In this document: positions 35,998 to 46,828 of the stretch, one piece after another
Position numbering within the stretch: position 1 is the first letter of the stretch
Layout: each line of letters opens with the position of its first letter
Assembly: GCA_050260815.1 (NCBI GenBank)
Contig: JBLNCQ010000114.1
Coordinates: forward strand, 1 to 56,044
Source: Bacillota bacterium
GTDB lineage: Bacteria; Bacillota; Sulfobacillia; JAMDAP01
Length of the DNA: 56,044 bases
Reading direction: 5' to 3'
The notes under the pieces: model-generated
What the model was told of the DNA's origin: nothing
What the model saw: the letters and a program-made list of their open reading frames with translations, nothing else
Databases searched by the model: none
Translations under genes and position numbers: made by a program

Positions 35998-37419
35998 TTA
36001 CTCCTGCGGCAGCAGTGCCACACACTCAACGTGACTGGTGTGCGGGAACATGTCTACGGGCTGAATCTCTTTGCAGCGGTAACCGCGCTCCGTCAGGTGG
36101 GCCAGGTCCCGCGCCAGGGTGGCCGGATTGCAGGAGACATAGACGATGCGCTTCGGCCCCATCTGGACGAAGGCGTCCAGTGCGCTGGCCTCCACGCCGG
36201 CGCGTGGCGGATCCACCACCACCACGTCCGGGTGCAGCCCTTCCGCGGCCAGACGCGGCGCCCACTCCTCCACCGTGCCAACGCGGAACTCGGCGTTGCT
36301 CAGGCGATTGCGGATGGCGTTCTCCCGGGCATCGTCGATGGCCTCCGGCACCTCCTCGATGCCCAGAACGCGCCCCGCCCGCCGGGCCAGGCAGAGTGAG
36401 ATGGTGCCGATGCCGCAGTAGGCGTCCACCACGAACTCGTCGCCGGAGAGGCCCGCGAACTCCAGGGCCTTGCAGTAGAGGACCTCGGTCTGCTCCGGGT
36501 TGACCTGGAAGAAGGAGCGCGGCGAGATGGAGAAGGTCAGGCCCAGCAGTTCGTCCTCAATGGCGCCCGGCCCGGCCAGGGTGATGTTCTCCTCCCCCAG
36601 CACCACATTGGTGCGGCGCGGGTTCACGTTCTGTACCACCGTGACCAGCCCGGGCACCGCTGCCATCAGGTCCCGGGCGAAGTCCTGACCTCGAGGCAGG
36701 CGGCGCTCCGCCGTCACCAGGACGGCCATGGCCTGGCCGGACTTCGTGCCCACCCTGGCCAGCACATGGCGAACCAGGCCGGCGCCGCTGCGCTCGTCGT
36801 AGACGGGGTAGCCGTAGCGGGAAATCAGCCCCTTGGCGGCGGCCAGGATGCGGTTGTTGGTTTCGTTCTGGATCAGGCAGGCGTCGGCATCGATGACCTG
36901 GTGGGTGCCGCGGGCGTAGAGGCCGGCCACCACCCGAGGCTCGGGACTCGCCCCCGGCCCCCCGCCGGGGCGCAAGTTCAGGAGCCCCACCGGGAACTGC
37001 GCCTTATTGCGATAGTTCCAGGGGTTCTGAGCGCCGATGGTATCACGGACCAGGGCGGGGTCCAGATGGCCGATGCGCTGCAGGGCATCTTTCACCTGCT
37101 GCGTCTTGAGCGCCAACTGCCGTGGGTAGCTGACGTGCTGAAGCTGGCAGCCGCCGCAGGCCTCATAAATGGGGCACCGTGCCTCCACCCGGTCGGCGGC
37201 GGGGCGGTCAATGCTGACTAGCTCGGCTCGCACGTAGGTGGTTCGAACGTCAGTGAACCGCGCCGTCACGACGTCGCCCGGCATGGCGCCGGGGACGAAG
37301 ACCGCCATGCCATCGTGGCGGGCCACGCCTTCACCGCCGTGGCCCAATCCGGTCACTTCAAGCTGCACATCGGGCGCCGGCCGGGATCGCCGAGGATGTG
37401 ATTTGGGCTGCAGGGCCAT
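35998..37419 (-). CDS. rlmD: 23S rRNA (uracil-C5)-methyltransferase RlmD/RumA family
   Basis: TRAM-like N-terminus, CGGCQLQH Fe-S motif, DAYCGIGT SAM motif, VVVDPPRAG, YVSCNPATLARD. Confidence 0.9.
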   Translation of the reverse strand: MALQPKSHPRRSRPAPDVQLEVTGLGHGGEGVARHDGMAVFVPGAMPGDVVTARFTDVRTTYVRAELVSIDRPAADRVEARCPIYEACGGCQLQHVSYPRQLALKTQQVKDALQRIGHLDPALVRDTIGAQNPWNYRNKAQFPVGLLNLRPGGGPGASPEPRVVAGLYARGTHQVIDADACLIQNETNNRILAAAKGLISRYGYPVYDERSGAGLVRHVLARVGTKSGQAMAVLVTAERRLPRGQDFARDLMAAVPGLVTVVQNVNPRRTNVVLGEENITLAGPGAIEDELLGLTFSISPRSFFQVNPEQTEVLYCKALEFAGLSGDEFVVDAYCGIGTISLCLARRAGRVLGIEEVPEAIDDARENAIRNRLSNAEFRVGTVEEWAPRLAAEGLHPDVVVVDPPRAGVEASALDAFVQMGPKRIVYVSCNPATLARDLAHLTERGYRCKEIQPVDMFPHTSHVECVALLPQE

Positions 37420-37434
37420 CTCCTCCTCGAAATC

Positions 37435-38223
37435 CTATCGCCCCGGGGGCGGCACGCCTGGGCCGTTCGTATGTGCCTGGGCCTGCGCCTGGGCCATGGC
37501 GACCTCCGGCTGACGCTGGGCGTCCCAGGCAAAGAGGCCCAACCCCAGCAGCATCAGCAGGCCACCATTCAAAACCTGGGTTGTGAGCGTTTCACCGAGC
37601 AGCGTCAGGGCGGCCAGCACCCCCCACAGTGATGAAGTGGAGGAGATAAGCCCCGCCTTGCCGGCGCCGATCCTCCCCATGGCCCAGTAGAACAGTGCCA
37701 GGGACAGGGCCAGAGCCACAGCGCCGCTGACCAACACGCCCGGCACGGCCCGCCAGCCGATGGCCAGTGGTTGCCTGAACCCCAGAGCCAGAACCGACAT
37801 GACCACCGATGCGGCCAGGGCCTTGATGCAGACCAGGGTCACGGCCGGGGTGTCCTGCCCCAGCACGCGCCCGAGGTTGTTCTCTAGAGCCCAGCCCAGA
37901 TAGCCGAAGGCAATCAGCAGGTTCCCCAGGGCGCCGCCGGACAGCATACCGCCGCCCTGGGCCGGCCACGAAAGCCAGATGCCGCCGGCTAAACCGGCCA
38001 GAAGCCACAGCGCCACAATCCCCGGCCGGTGCAGGCGCAGTCCTTGGCTCCGAAGGGCCCAGGGTATCAGGGCCACGCCGGCCGCGCCGTAGGTCCAGGC
38101 ACCGGCTGTCAGAGCCGGCATGTCTCCGGTCAGGAGCCATTTGTTGACTACCGTGAACAGGCCCACCAGTGCCGCTGAGCCGAGCGCAGCCGCGTACCCC
38201 AGCAGCAGTGGTCCTCTGGTCAT
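37435..38223 (-). CDS. DMT/EamA-like transporter
   Basis: About 8-9 TM helices with repeated EamA-like halves. Assignment is by topology and overall pattern only. Confidence 0.6.
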   Translation of the reverse strand: MTRGPLLLGYAAALGSAALVGLFTVVNKWLLTGDMPALTAGAWTYGAAGVALIPWALRSQGLRLHRPGIVALWLLAGLAGGIWLSWPAQGGGMLSGGALGNLLIAFGYLGWALENNLGRVLGQDTPAVTLVCIKALAASVVMSVLALGFRQPLAIGWRAVPGVLVSGAVALALSLALFYWAMGRIGAGKAGLISSTSSLWGVLAALTLLGETLTTQVLNGGLLMLLGLGLFAWDAQRQPEVAMAQAQAQAHTNGPGVPPPGR

Positions 38224-38244
38224 CGTCCGACCTCCATGTTGCGT

Positions 38245-39225
38245 CTAGTGGTCCGTCGTTGCCGGCTCCTCGAAGGTGAGTACCCCGCTGTCCGCATCCA
38301 GCGTCACACGAATCCCCAGGGGCAGCGTCGCGCGGTAGAACCCGTGGGCCGCCGTGAAGCCCACCAGCACCGGAATGCCCAGCGGTCCCAGCCGGTCGGC
38401 CAGCACCTGCTCCAGTGTCAGGGTGGGCTTGTCCGGGTCGGGCTCGATGAGGCCCACCGGTTCGCCAAACACGATGCCGCGAACGCCCTGAAACTTCCCA
38501 GCCAGCAGGAGCTGTGTGAGCATCCGGTCGATGCGGTAGGGGGGCTCCTCCACGTCCTCCAGCAACAGGATGGAACCGGCCGTCTCGATTTCATATGGCG
38601 TGCCCAGCGTAGACGTGATGAGGGAGAGGTTGCCCCCCACCAGCGGGCCGGTGGCACGGCCGCCGCGCAGGGCGTAGAGTCTCGGCCCCTCCGGCGCAGA
38701 CGTCACCGTGCCCAACGGCTCGGTGGAAGTCAGGGCCTTCAGTAGGCACCCCAGACTGTAGTCGCTGCGGCGCTTACCGGCCACGTCGGCCACCGGCCCG
38801 TGGAAGCTGACCAGCCCGATGCGTCCCAGGGCCAGGTGCAGGGCCGTGATGTCGGAGAACCCCACCACCGCTTTGGGATTCCGGCGCAGAGTGTCCAGAT
38901 CAAGAAACGGCAGGATACGCATGGCGCCGTATCCACCCCGTGTGGCCAGGACGGCGGCCACCTCCGGGTCGCGGAAGAAGACGTTCAGGTCCGCCGCCCG
39001 TTCCTGGTCCGACCCGGCCAGGTAGCCCCACTGGGAGTAAGCGCTTGCCCCGACCGCGACCCGGAAACCCCAGGCCTGCAACTGGGTGACAAGTGGCTGG
39101 ACGGCCTCCGGCTTGACGGGTCCGGACGGCGAAGCCAGCGCAACCATGTCACCGGGCCGAAGAGCCCGCGGCTTGATGGGGCGGGCGGCGGCACTGAAAC
39201 GGAAACCGGCTTCATACCCCACCAT
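38245..39225 (-). CDS. ldcA: LD-carboxypeptidase (peptidase S66)
   Basis: ALASPSGP, LATRGGYGAMRIL, VVGFSDITALH (Ser nucleophile), GFTAAHG. ATG 39225 (track ORF trimmed). Confidence 0.85.
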   Translation of the reverse strand: MVGYEAGFRFSAAARPIKPRALRPGDMVALASPSGPVKPEAVQPLVTQLQAWGFRVAVGASAYSQWGYLAGSDQERAADLNVFFRDPEVAAVLATRGGYGAMRILPFLDLDTLRRNPKAVVGFSDITALHLALGRIGLVSFHGPVADVAGKRRSDYSLGCLLKALTSTEPLGTVTSAPEGPRLYALRGGRATGPLVGGNLSLITSTLGTPYEIETAGSILLLEDVEEPPYRIDRMLTQLLLAGKFQGVRGIVFGEPVGLIEPDPDKPTLTLEQVLADRLGPLGIPVLVGFTAAHGFYRATLPLGIRVTLDADSGVLTFEEPATTDH

Positions 39226-39422
39226 GAGGTCCCCCCTGTTCTCACGTCCCCTGCGACCGGGCACGTCGTCAGAGCCAACGACCCCATTATACCCCGGCCG
39301 GGTCGGAGAGCAGAAGCGCGCCCGCCGCGCGAGAGCGGCGCGCGCCCAAGGAAAGAGCCATGGGTCGCCCCATGGCTTGTCGATAAAGCGGATGCTTGGC
39401 GAGGACCTGCGGATTCCGGCCT

Positions 39423-39728
39423 CTAGTGGCAGCAACCATGTCCGCCGTGGCCATGCCCGCCGTGCCCCATGGCGTGACCGTCGTGCTGGTGATCCTGGGC
39501 AGGCTGGGCTGCGGCATCCGTGCCGACCAGCGTGTACCCGGCCTCGCTCACGGCAGCCTCAAAGTCCTTCATCGTGGCCAGAGACGGGTCATAGGTGACG
39601 GTAGCCGTCCCGGCCGATGCGCTGGCGGCGGCAGTAGCAACGCCCCGCAGCTTCTTGAGTTCCTTAACGACGCTCATCTCACAGTGCGAGCAGGTCATCC
39701 CTTCAACGTTCAGCACGACCGTTTCCAT
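39423..39728 (-). CDS. copZ: Copper chaperone CopZ (HMA domain) with His-rich C-terminal tail
   Basis: VEGMTCSHCE. Tail is DHQHDGHAMGHGGHGHGGHGCCH. ATG 39728 follows AAAGGGGAGGG. Confidence 0.85.
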   Translation of the reverse strand: METVVLNVEGMTCSHCEMSVVKELKKLRGVATAAASASAGTATVTYDPSLATMKDFEAAVSEAGYTLVGTDAAAQPAQDHQHDGHAMGHGGHGHGGHGCCH

Positions 39729-39750
39729 GTTGGAACCCTCCCCTTTCGCA

Positions 39751-40035
39751 TTAAAGAAGCCTCTTAAGAAGTTCACTGAGTTCCGCCTCCATTTCATCAC
39801 CGTTTCCTCGTTGGATGGCGTCCGCCACGCAGCCGCGTGCATGGTCCACCAGGAGCCGCACGGCGATCTGGTCCAGGGCCGCACGCACGGCTGCAATCTG
39901 GTTCAGGATGTCGGCGCAGCGGCGCTGCTGCTCCACCATGCGCTGAATGCCGCGGATCTGGCCCTCAACCTTGGCCAGTCGCTCCAGTAGTTCGGGCGCG
40001 TCCCTTCCGCGCGCGGCTGACATCATGGCCTCCAT
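39751..40035 (-). CDS. csoR: CsoR-family copper-sensing repressor
   Basis: LAKVEGQIRGIQRMV, with the C..H-x3-C ligand pattern (RRCADI .. DHARGC). Confidence 0.85.
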   Translation of the reverse strand: MEAMMSAARGRDAPELLERLAKVEGQIRGIQRMVEQQRRCADILNQIAAVRAALDQIAVRLLVDHARGCVADAIQRGNGDEMEAELSELLKRLL

Positions 40036-40039
40036 GGCC

Positions 40040-42307
40040 TTAGGCCCGGAATCCGTGCATCGGATTGAAGCGCTTTAGCAGCGAGGAGTTAGTGACAACG
40101 GAGACGGAGCTGAAGGCCATAGCCGCTCCGGCGATGGCCGGAGCCAAGTAGCCGAAGGCCGCAATGGGGATACCCGCCGTGTTGTAGATCAGGGCCCAGA
40201 ACAGGTTCTGCTTGATCTTGCGCATGGTCTGACGGCTCAGGCGGATGGCCGCGGGGATGCCCCGCAGGTCGCCCCGCATCAGGGTGATGCCGGCCGCCTC
40301 CATGGCCACGTCTGTGCCCGTGCCGATGGCCATGCCCAGGTCGGCGGCCACCAGGGCGGGTGCATCGTTGATGCCGTCACCCACCATACCGACCACTCGC
40401 CCCTCACCCTTGAGGGATTCCACCTTGGACGCCTTCTGCTCAGGCAGCACTTCGGCCAGCACGTGCTCCGGCTTGATCCCCACCTGAGCGGCAATGGCGG
40501 CGGCAGTACTGCGGTTGTCGCCGGTGATCATCCAGACCTCAATGCTCATCTGCTGCAGGGCGGCGATGGCCTCGCCCGAGGTCTCCTTGACCGTGTCGGC
40601 CACGGCCACCAGCCCGGCCAGCCGGCCATCCACGGCCACCCACATGGCCGTCTTGCCCTGCCCCTCCAGCGTCTGCTTCCGCGCAGCGGCGGCCCCGGGG
40701 TCGATGCCATTGTCGGTCATGAGCTTGGTTGTACCCACCAGCAGGCTGCGCCCGTCCACCACGGCCCTCACTCCGCGCCCCGGGATGGCCTCAAACGAGT
40801 CGGGGTCGCCAAGCTCCAGACCGCGGTCCTTCGCTCCCGCCACAATGGCCTGCGCCAGGGGGTGCTCCGACATCCGTTCCGCCCTGGCGGCCAGCCGGAG
40901 CAGGTCCTCTTCCGACAGTGCGGCTCCATCGTCGGCCGCAAGCACCATCACGTCGGTGAGCGCCGGTTCGCCCTTGGTGATGGTGCCGGTCTTGTCCAGC
41001 ACCACGGTGTTCAGCATGTAGGCCTTCTCCAGGTGCTCGCCGCCGCGGATGAGGATGCCCTTCTCCGCCCCCAGGCCGGTCCCCACCATGATGGCGGTGG
41101 GGGTGGCCAGGCCAAGGGCGCAGGGGCAAGCGATGACCAGCACCGCCGTAAAGTAGAGAATGGCGCGGGTATAGTCTCCGGTGAACGCGATCCAGCCGAG
41201 GAACGTCAGGACGGCAATGCCGATAACCGCTGGTACAAAGTAGGCCGAGACCACGTCCGCCAGGCGCTGGATGGGCGCCTTGTGCGTCTGCGCCTCCTCC
41301 ACCACCCGGATGATCTGAGCCAGGGCGGTATCACGGCCCACCTTGGTGGCTTCCATGCGGATGACCCCGCACCCGTTTATGGTGGCACCGATGACCTCGT
41401 CACCCGGCTTCTTGTCCACGGGGATGGACTCGCCCGTGAGCATGGACTCGTCTACGGTGGAGTGACCATCCTGCACGATGCCGTCCACGGGAATCTTCTC
41501 ACCCGGCCTGACCAGCAGCAGGTCGCCCACCTGGACGTCCTCCAGAGGAATCTGCTGTTCCTGGCCGTCGCGGATGACCGTAGCCGTCTTGGCCTGCAGA
41601 CCCATCAGCTTCTTGATGGCCTCTGACGTGCGCCCCTTGGCCACGGCCTCCAGGTACTTGCCCAGGATAATCAAGGTAATGATCACGGCCGCGGTCTCGT
41701 AGTACACATCGCTGCGTCCAATGGCGTCGCCCCAGATGGTGACCACCAGGCTATAGAGGTAGGCAGCCGTGGTGCCCAGGGCGATCAGGACCGACATGTT
41801 CGCCGTGCGGTTCTTCAGATTGTGGTAGCTGTCCACGTAGAACTGCCAGCCGGCGTAGAACTGGACCGGTGTAGCCAGGGCCAGTTGGAACCAGGGATTC
41901 ATAAAGATCATGGGCGGATGGAAGCCGAAAAGTTCCCCGAACATGTAGACCAACAGCGGCACCGTCAGGGCCGTAGAGAACCAGAAGAGCCGCCACTGTC
42001 GCATGAGCTCCCGTTCGCGGGCCTCTTTCTCGGCGTCGGTGCTGCCGGCCTCATCCTTGGCGAACGCCTCATAACCCAGGTCCTTGACCGCGTGCTTCAT
42101 ATCGGCGACGCTGACCGCGCCCGGCAGATAGGAAACCAGGGCCGTCTCGGTCCCGAAGTTGACAGTGGCCTGCAGGACACCATCCATGCCGGATAGCTTG
42201 CGCTCGATCTTCTGGGCGCAGTTGGCGCAGGTCATGCCGCGAATGCCAAAAGACAGGCGATGCAGGGCCAGGTCTCTCTGGGCGAGGGCCGCAGACTGTC
42301 CTGTCAT
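40040..42307 (-). CDS. copA: Copper-translocating P1B-type ATPase
   Basis: GMTCANC HMA domain, [28 protein letters not shown] 42307 follows GGGAGTG. Confidence 0.95.
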   Translation of the reverse strand: MTGQSAALAQRDLALHRLSFGIRGMTCANCAQKIERKLSGMDGVLQATVNFGTETALVSYLPGAVSVADMKHAVKDLGYEAFAKDEAGSTDAEKEARERELMRQWRLFWFSTALTVPLLVYMFGELFGFHPPMIFMNPWFQLALATPVQFYAGWQFYVDSYHNLKNRTANMSVLIALGTTAAYLYSLVVTIWGDAIGRSDVYYETAAVIITLIILGKYLEAVAKGRTSEAIKKLMGLQAKTATVIRDGQEQQIPLEDVQVGDLLLVRPGEKIPVDGIVQDGHSTVDESMLTGESIPVDKKPGDEVIGATINGCGVIRMEATKVGRDTALAQIIRVVEEAQTHKAPIQRLADVVSAYFVPAVIGIAVLTFLGWIAFTGDYTRAILYFTAVLVIACPCALGLATPTAIMVGTGLGAEKGILIRGGEHLEKAYMLNTVVLDKTGTITKGEPALTDVMVLAADDGAALSEEDLLRLAARAERMSEHPLAQAIVAGAKDRGLELGDPDSFEAIPGRGVRAVVDGRSLLVGTTKLMTDNGIDPGAAAARKQTLEGQGKTAMWVAVDGRLAGLVAVADTVKETSGEAIAALQQMSIEVWMITGDNRSTAAAIAAQVGIKPEHVLAEVLPEQKASKVESLKGEGRVVGMVGDGINDAPALVAADLGMAIGTGTDVAMEAAGITLMRGDLRGIPAAIRLSRQTMRKIKQNLFWALIYNTAGIPIAAFGYLAPAIAGAAMAFSSVSVVTNSSLLKRFNPMHGFRA

Positions 42308-42336
42308 GAAGAACACTCCCATCGGTTCAGTTTACC

Positions 42337-42357
42337 TACCCTACCCTGGGTAGGGTA
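42337..42357. promoter_or_regulatory. CsoR operator upstream of copA
   Basis: TACCCTACCC-T-GGGTAGGGTA, a perfect 10-1-10 inverted repeat 30 nt upstream of the copA ATG. Confidence 0.6.
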
Positions 42358-42440
42358 TCCAACGGCTTCAGTATGAGCGCCGGTTGTGAAGAAGTTATGA
42401 AGCGACGATCGAGGATGTCCGAACCGGGGGCCGGCCCGCA

Positions 42441-42485
42441 TTCTGAACAGACAAGGCCAGGCAGCCGCTGAGCGGGTACCTGGCC
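42441..42485 (-). terminator. Hairpin after merA
   Basis: GGCCAGG..CCGC-UCA-GCGG..CCUGGCC followed by UUGUCUGUUCAG on the minus strand. Confidence 0.4.
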
Positions 42486-42509
42486 TGAAATGCGGCGGGA
42501 GGCTTATCA

Positions 42510-44183
42510 TCAGCCCGCGCAACAGCTCAACTTCGAGACGTCGGTGTCAAAGGCCATTGCAGCCAACTTCAAGCCTTCTGCCATGGTGAGATAGGGAGCC
42601 AGTGTGTCCTTGAGGTCCTGGACCGTAAGGCCGAACTTAACGGCCAGCGTGGCCGCATAGATCACGTCGCCGGCGTTCCCAGCAACGACGTGGGCACCCA
42701 GGATCTTGCCCGTTTGGGCCTCGGCCACCAGCTTGAAGACACCTGTGGTTTCGCGGTTGGCCAGGGCACGGGGAACCGCCTTCAGCGGCAGGACCGATGT
42801 CCGGATCTCACGGCCCCCCTGCCGGGCCTCGGCTTCCGTCAGCCCAACGGTGGCGACCGACGGGTTGGTAAAGGTCACCGCCGGTACCACCCGCAAGTCC
42901 AGTTCGCGCTCCGCCCCTCCCACGGCGACGTCGGCGACCAGGGCGCCTTCATAGGCGGCAACATAGACAAACTGGGGACCGAGGGTAACATCTCCGGCCG
43001 CGAAGATGTGGGGAATGTTGGTTCGCAAGTACTCGTCCACCAGGACCTCAGCGCGGGAGCCAACGGCTACACCGACATTGGCCAGGCCAAGGGAGTCGGT
43101 GTTGGGCCGGCGCCCTGCCGCTACCAGGAGCCGCTCGGCCTCAACGGTGTGTACCGTCCCATCCTTTTCGAAGTGGACACGGCTCTTGCCGTCGCCTCCT
43201 TCCACGTTCCGGTACCTGACCCCGGTGATGACATCAATCCCCTCGTCGCGAAGCGCCTGCTCTATGGCTTCAGAGATCTCGGGATCGTACCGCTTTAGCA
43301 GACGCGCGCCGCGCTGCAACAGCGTCACGTGCGTCCCCAGATGGCGGAAAAGCTGCCCCAGCTCGAGAGCAATGTAGCCGGCGCCGATGACGACCAGACT
43401 CTTCGGAACCTCCTTCAGCTCCAACGCCGAAGCACTGGTCAAGTAGGGAACACCGGCCAACCCGGGAATCTCCGGCACGGCCGGCGAGGCACCCGTGGCG
43501 ATGAGGAAGTGGCTCGCTGTGACTCTCCCCTCACCTACTTGCAGCGTGTGCTCATCCACGAACCGAGCCTCACCTGGGATCAGGTCAAACCCGTATTCGG
43601 CGATGAGATCAACGTATTTCTCCTGGCGCATGTCAGCTACAAGCCGGTTCTTCTGTCCTACAAGAAGACCCAGATCGACTGGCGCCACTGCCGTTCCCAG
43701 GCCGGCAAAGGGGTTGTTCCGGGCTGCAAAGTAGATCTCGGCCGCACGCAAAAGGGTTTTCGACGGAACGCAGCCGATGTTAACGCAGGTGCCGCCGACC
43801 GTGCCGCGTTCGATCATGGCCACTCGAGCGCCGTGGCTTCGGGCCCGAATAGCGGCAGAGAAGGCCGCACCGTGAGAGCCTATGATGGCCAGGTCATACG
43901 GCTGGTCTCTCTGACCACCGCCACCGGGAGCGGCGCCGCTCGCTCGGCGACTCACCTCTTCCCACTCCCCCGGGTGATACCCGGCTTTGCCCACAGCCTC
44001 GGCAAACGGGCTGACGTCTGCCCCGCCGGGGATGCTGAAATCGGCCTCGCCGCGGCGATAACTCACCTCGACCTGCTCGGCTCCCGCGCCCGCGAGTGCC
44101 TTGCAAACATGTTCTTCGCAGCTTGGGCAGCTCATGCCGCCGATGGTCATTCGGATCTGCCGAATCAAACCCTGATTAACCAT
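42510..44183 (-). CDS. merA: Mercuric reductase with N-terminal HMA domain
   Basis: [22 protein letters not shown] redox-active disulfide, C-terminal KLSCCAG Cys pair. ATG 44183 follows GGGAGGAAC. Confidence 0.9.
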   Translation of the reverse strand: MVNQGLIRQIRMTIGGMSCPSCEEHVCKALAGAGAEQVEVSYRRGEADFSIPGGADVSPFAEAVGKAGYHPGEWEEVSRRASGAAPGGGGQRDQPYDLAIIGSHGAAFSAAIRARSHGARVAMIERGTVGGTCVNIGCVPSKTLLRAAEIYFAARNNPFAGLGTAVAPVDLGLLVGQKNRLVADMRQEKYVDLIAEYGFDLIPGEARFVDEHTLQVGEGRVTASHFLIATGASPAVPEIPGLAGVPYLTSASALELKEVPKSLVVIGAGYIALELGQLFRHLGTHVTLLQRGARLLKRYDPEISEAIEQALRDEGIDVITGVRYRNVEGGDGKSRVHFEKDGTVHTVEAERLLVAAGRRPNTDSLGLANVGVAVGSRAEVLVDEYLRTNIPHIFAAGDVTLGPQFVYVAAYEGALVADVAVGGAERELDLRVVPAVTFTNPSVATVGLTEAEARQGGREIRTSVLPLKAVPRALANRETTGVFKLVAEAQTGKILGAHVVAGNAGDVIYAATLAVKFGLTVQDLKDTLAPYLTMAEGLKLAAMAFDTDVSKLSCCAG

Positions 44184-44350
44184 GACACTTGTTCCTCCCG
44201 GGGCAGTAGATCGCCGCCAAGGCGGCAGAAAACATGGCACCGAGACCGCTAAGGCGCTCCAACTGAGATTCGCTCCCCTCTCCGTCGGCGTGTCGCGGCG
44301 TTCCGGCGAATCGCAGGCGGTCCGCTTCACGTACTACGAGACGCAGGCGA

Positions 44351-44737
44351 TCAGTTGGACTTCTGCGCCCCCATCCTTGTGCAGGTACGAATGTGTTCCG
44401 CATTGTCGGCCACAACGGCCTGCGCCAATTCGATCAAGCTGCGGATACGGCCGTCCGTGACCCGATAGTAGACATACTTGCCCTTACAGGTCGATGTGAC
44501 GTATCCACACCACTTGAGGCACCCCAGCTGGTTGGATATCTGTCCTTGAGACATCCCCACAGCGGTGATGATCTCGCTGACGTTCATCTCTCCCCGTTCC
44601 AGGAGCAGCTCCACAATCCGGAGCCGGGTCGGGTTGGCGAGACCATCGAAGAACTTCGCATGCATTTCGCGCTGCCTGGTCTCAAGCTCAAGCGACAGAC
44701 CGGGATTGACGCGAACAGCAGGAGGCAAGTTGCTCAC
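44351..44737 (-). CDS. ArsR/SmtB-family metalloregulator
   Basis: LANPTRLRIVELL, wHTH VSEIITAVGMSQGQISNQLGCLKWCG. Upstream of merA. Confidence 0.85.
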   Translation of the reverse strand: MSNLPPAVRVNPGLSLELETRQREMHAKFFDGLANPTRLRIVELLLERGEMNVSEIITAVGMSQGQISNQLGCLKWCGYVTSTCKGKYVYYRVTDGRIRSLIELAQAVVADNAEHIRTCTRMGAQKSN

Positions 44738-45004
44738 CTCTACGACTCCAAATTTTTAAATATGATGGCCTTACGCTACTGCATGTCGCCGGCGTGTGTC
44801 AAGTGGACAGGCTGGGCGGAAGGCCCGGGACGCCTTCCCACGGCTTCTTGGCAGTGGTCTTTAGCCGTTTGTGTAGATGTTGTGGATTCGGTCCCAGGTA
44901 GCCTATTGGGTGAACAACTTCACGGTAACATCACAAGTTGGCTGTAGACTAGGCCGTGGCTGCTCCAAACTCACCACAGGATACCTTTTTCCGGAGGAGG
45001 CAAA

Positions 45005-46003
45005 ATGACCAAGGCTCCCCATATCAAACACTGGAGCAAAGTCTTGTCTTTGGCTCCTATTATCGCTATTCTCATGTTGACACCGGGGACAGGCGGACGC
45101 ACCGCGCACCTGCCGGAAACGAATAGCATTGCCACAATGACACAGACTGTCACCGGGCCCGAAGAGGAATTGAGGCCTGAGCAGCGTGTCCGGACACCTG
45201 CACCCGTCTATGTCACCCATGAGGTGAAGTCCGGAGATAGCGTGTGGGCCATTGCTCAGGCGCATGGTCTCTCAGAAGCCAGCGTTGGAGCATCCAATAA
45301 CCTTGGGGAAAACGCCATCCTGCAGCCAGGTCAGGAATTGCTGGTGCCCACCCAGGAGGGCCTTCTCTACAAGGTCCTGTATGGTGATACGGCGGACGGG
45401 CTGGCCAATCGATTCGGCCTCACAGTGGAAGCCATCACTGCCGCAAACCCCGAACTGGACCCGGAAAAGCTAGCCATCGGCCAGCGCCTGCTGCTGCCGG
45501 GTAGCCAGGCTCCGGAAAAGTTCTACCTGGACCGCGTGCGCGTGGCTTCAGCCGGCAGCGGCGCTTCGCGTTCTTCGGGGAGCGTCGCCTCTCGCGGCAG
45601 CAGCCGGCCGTCGGCTGGAGCGTTTGACTTCTGGCCCGTCAGGGGACAGGTGACCAGCGGCTTCGGCTGGCGCCGCCACCCCGTGTACGGCACGCGCAGC
45701 TTTCACGAGGGGCTGGACATATCGGCACCCAGCGGCACATCCATCAAGGCGGTCCGCGAGGGCAAGGTCATCTTCTCCGGGCCGCTGGGAGACTACGGCC
45801 TGACGGTCAAGATACAGCATCGCGATGGCATGGTCACCCGTTATTCCCACAACTCCGAGAACCTGGTGAGCGTGGGTGACACGGTGCAGGCCGGCGACGT
45901 GATCGGTCTGGTCGGACGCACCGGCGTGGCCACCGGTCCCCATGTGGACTTTGGTGTGATCGTGGGCGGCTCGCCGGTGGATCCGAGGCCCTGGCTCCCA
46001 TAA
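45005..46003 (+). CDS. LysM-domain M23 (LytM-type) peptidoglycan endopeptidase
   Basis: Two LysM-like repeats (HEVKSGDSVWAIAQ.., YKVLYGDTADGLAN..), HEGLDI and TGPHVDF M23 motifs. Confidence 0.85.
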   Translation: MTKAPHIKHWSKVLSLAPIIAILMLTPGTGGRTAHLPETNSIATMTQTVTGPEEELRPEQRVRTPAPVYVTHEVKSGDSVWAIAQAHGLSEASVGASNNLGENAILQPGQELLVPTQEGLLYKVLYGDTADGLANRFGLTVEAITAANPELDPEKLAIGQRLLLPGSQAPEKFYLDRVRVASAGSGASRSSGSVASRGSSRPSAGAFDFWPVRGQVTSGFGWRRHPVYGTRSFHEGLDISAPSGTSIKAVREGKVIFSGPLGDYGLTVKIQHRDGMVTRYSHNSENLVSVGDTVQAGDVIGLVGRTGVATGPHVDFGVIVGGSPVDPRPWLP

Positions 46004-46021
46004 ACGGAAGGGAGGACCACA

Positions 46022-46828
46022 ATGCGTCCCATCCTCTTTACGATAGCAGGCTTCCCCGTTCGGTCCTACGGCTTCTTCATCGCCGTGGGCATCATCGCCG
46101 GCCTGTGGCTGGCCGTCGCCGTGGCTCGGCGGAGAAAGCGGCCCTATGCCGAGCTGATCTGGGATTTCGCCCTGACGGCCATGATCAGCGGCATCCTTGG
46201 CGCCCGCGTCTGGGAAGTCGTCTTTACCTGGGACTACTACGGCCAGCACCTGGTGGAGATCCCCATGCTCTGGCACGGCGGTCTTTCCATCCAGGGCGCC
46301 ATCGCCGGCGGTCTGCTGGCGGCCATTTGGTTCACCCGCAAGCACCGCATCCCCATGTGGGACTTTCTTGACACGCTGACGCCCGGCGTACTGCTGGGAC
46401 AGGCCATTGGTCGGCTGTTCGCCTGCTTCCTCAACGGCGATGCGTATGGCAAGCCTACCGGCAGTTGGTTCGGGGTCATCTACCAGCCTGACACCGCGGC
46501 GTACCAGGTCTTCGGGGCGCAGCGCCTGTGGCCGGCCGAGGTCTTTGAAGGCCTCTGGGACCTGGCCGTGATGGGCCTGGCCTTGTGGATGCTGTTCCGG
46601 CGGAAGCAGCCGGCCCAGGGCCGGGTTGTGCTCTGGTACCTGGTGCTCTATTCCCTCGGTCGCTTTGGCCTGGAGTTCCTGCGGGCCGACAGCCTTGGCT
46701 TCTTCGGCACCGGGCTGAAGGCGGCTCAGGTCACCAGCCTGGTCACCGCGGCCGTCGCCGGAGCCCTCCTCTTCGCCCGCAGGGGTCAGGGCAAGGCGCT
46801 GACCCAGGACCGGCCCACGGAGGCCTGA
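46022..46828 (+). CDS. lgt: Prolipoprotein diacylglyceryl transferase
   Basis: FPVRSYGFFIAVG, GGLSIQGAIAGG, GQAIGRLFACFLNGDAYG. Confidence 0.9.
   Translation: MRPILFTIAGFPVRSYGFFIAVGIIAGLWLAVAVARRRKRPYAELIWDFALTAMISGILGARVWEVVFTWDYYGQHLVEIPMLWHGGLSIQGAIAGGLLAAIWFTRKHRIPMWDFLDTLTPGVLLGQAIGRLFACFLNGDAYGKPTGSWFGVIYQPDTAAYQVFGAQRLWPAEVFEGLWDLAVMGLALWMLFRRKQPAQGRVVLWYLVLYSLGRFGLEFLRADSLGFFGTGLKAAQVTSLVTAAVAGALLFARRGQGKALTQDRPTEA

Noticed and set aside
44910-44923. Rex-core-like palindrome GTGAA-caac-TTCAC upstream of the LysM/M23 gene.
   Set aside because: Only 5-bp arms, the flanks do not extend the Rex consensus, and there is no redox-related target gene. Likely chance.
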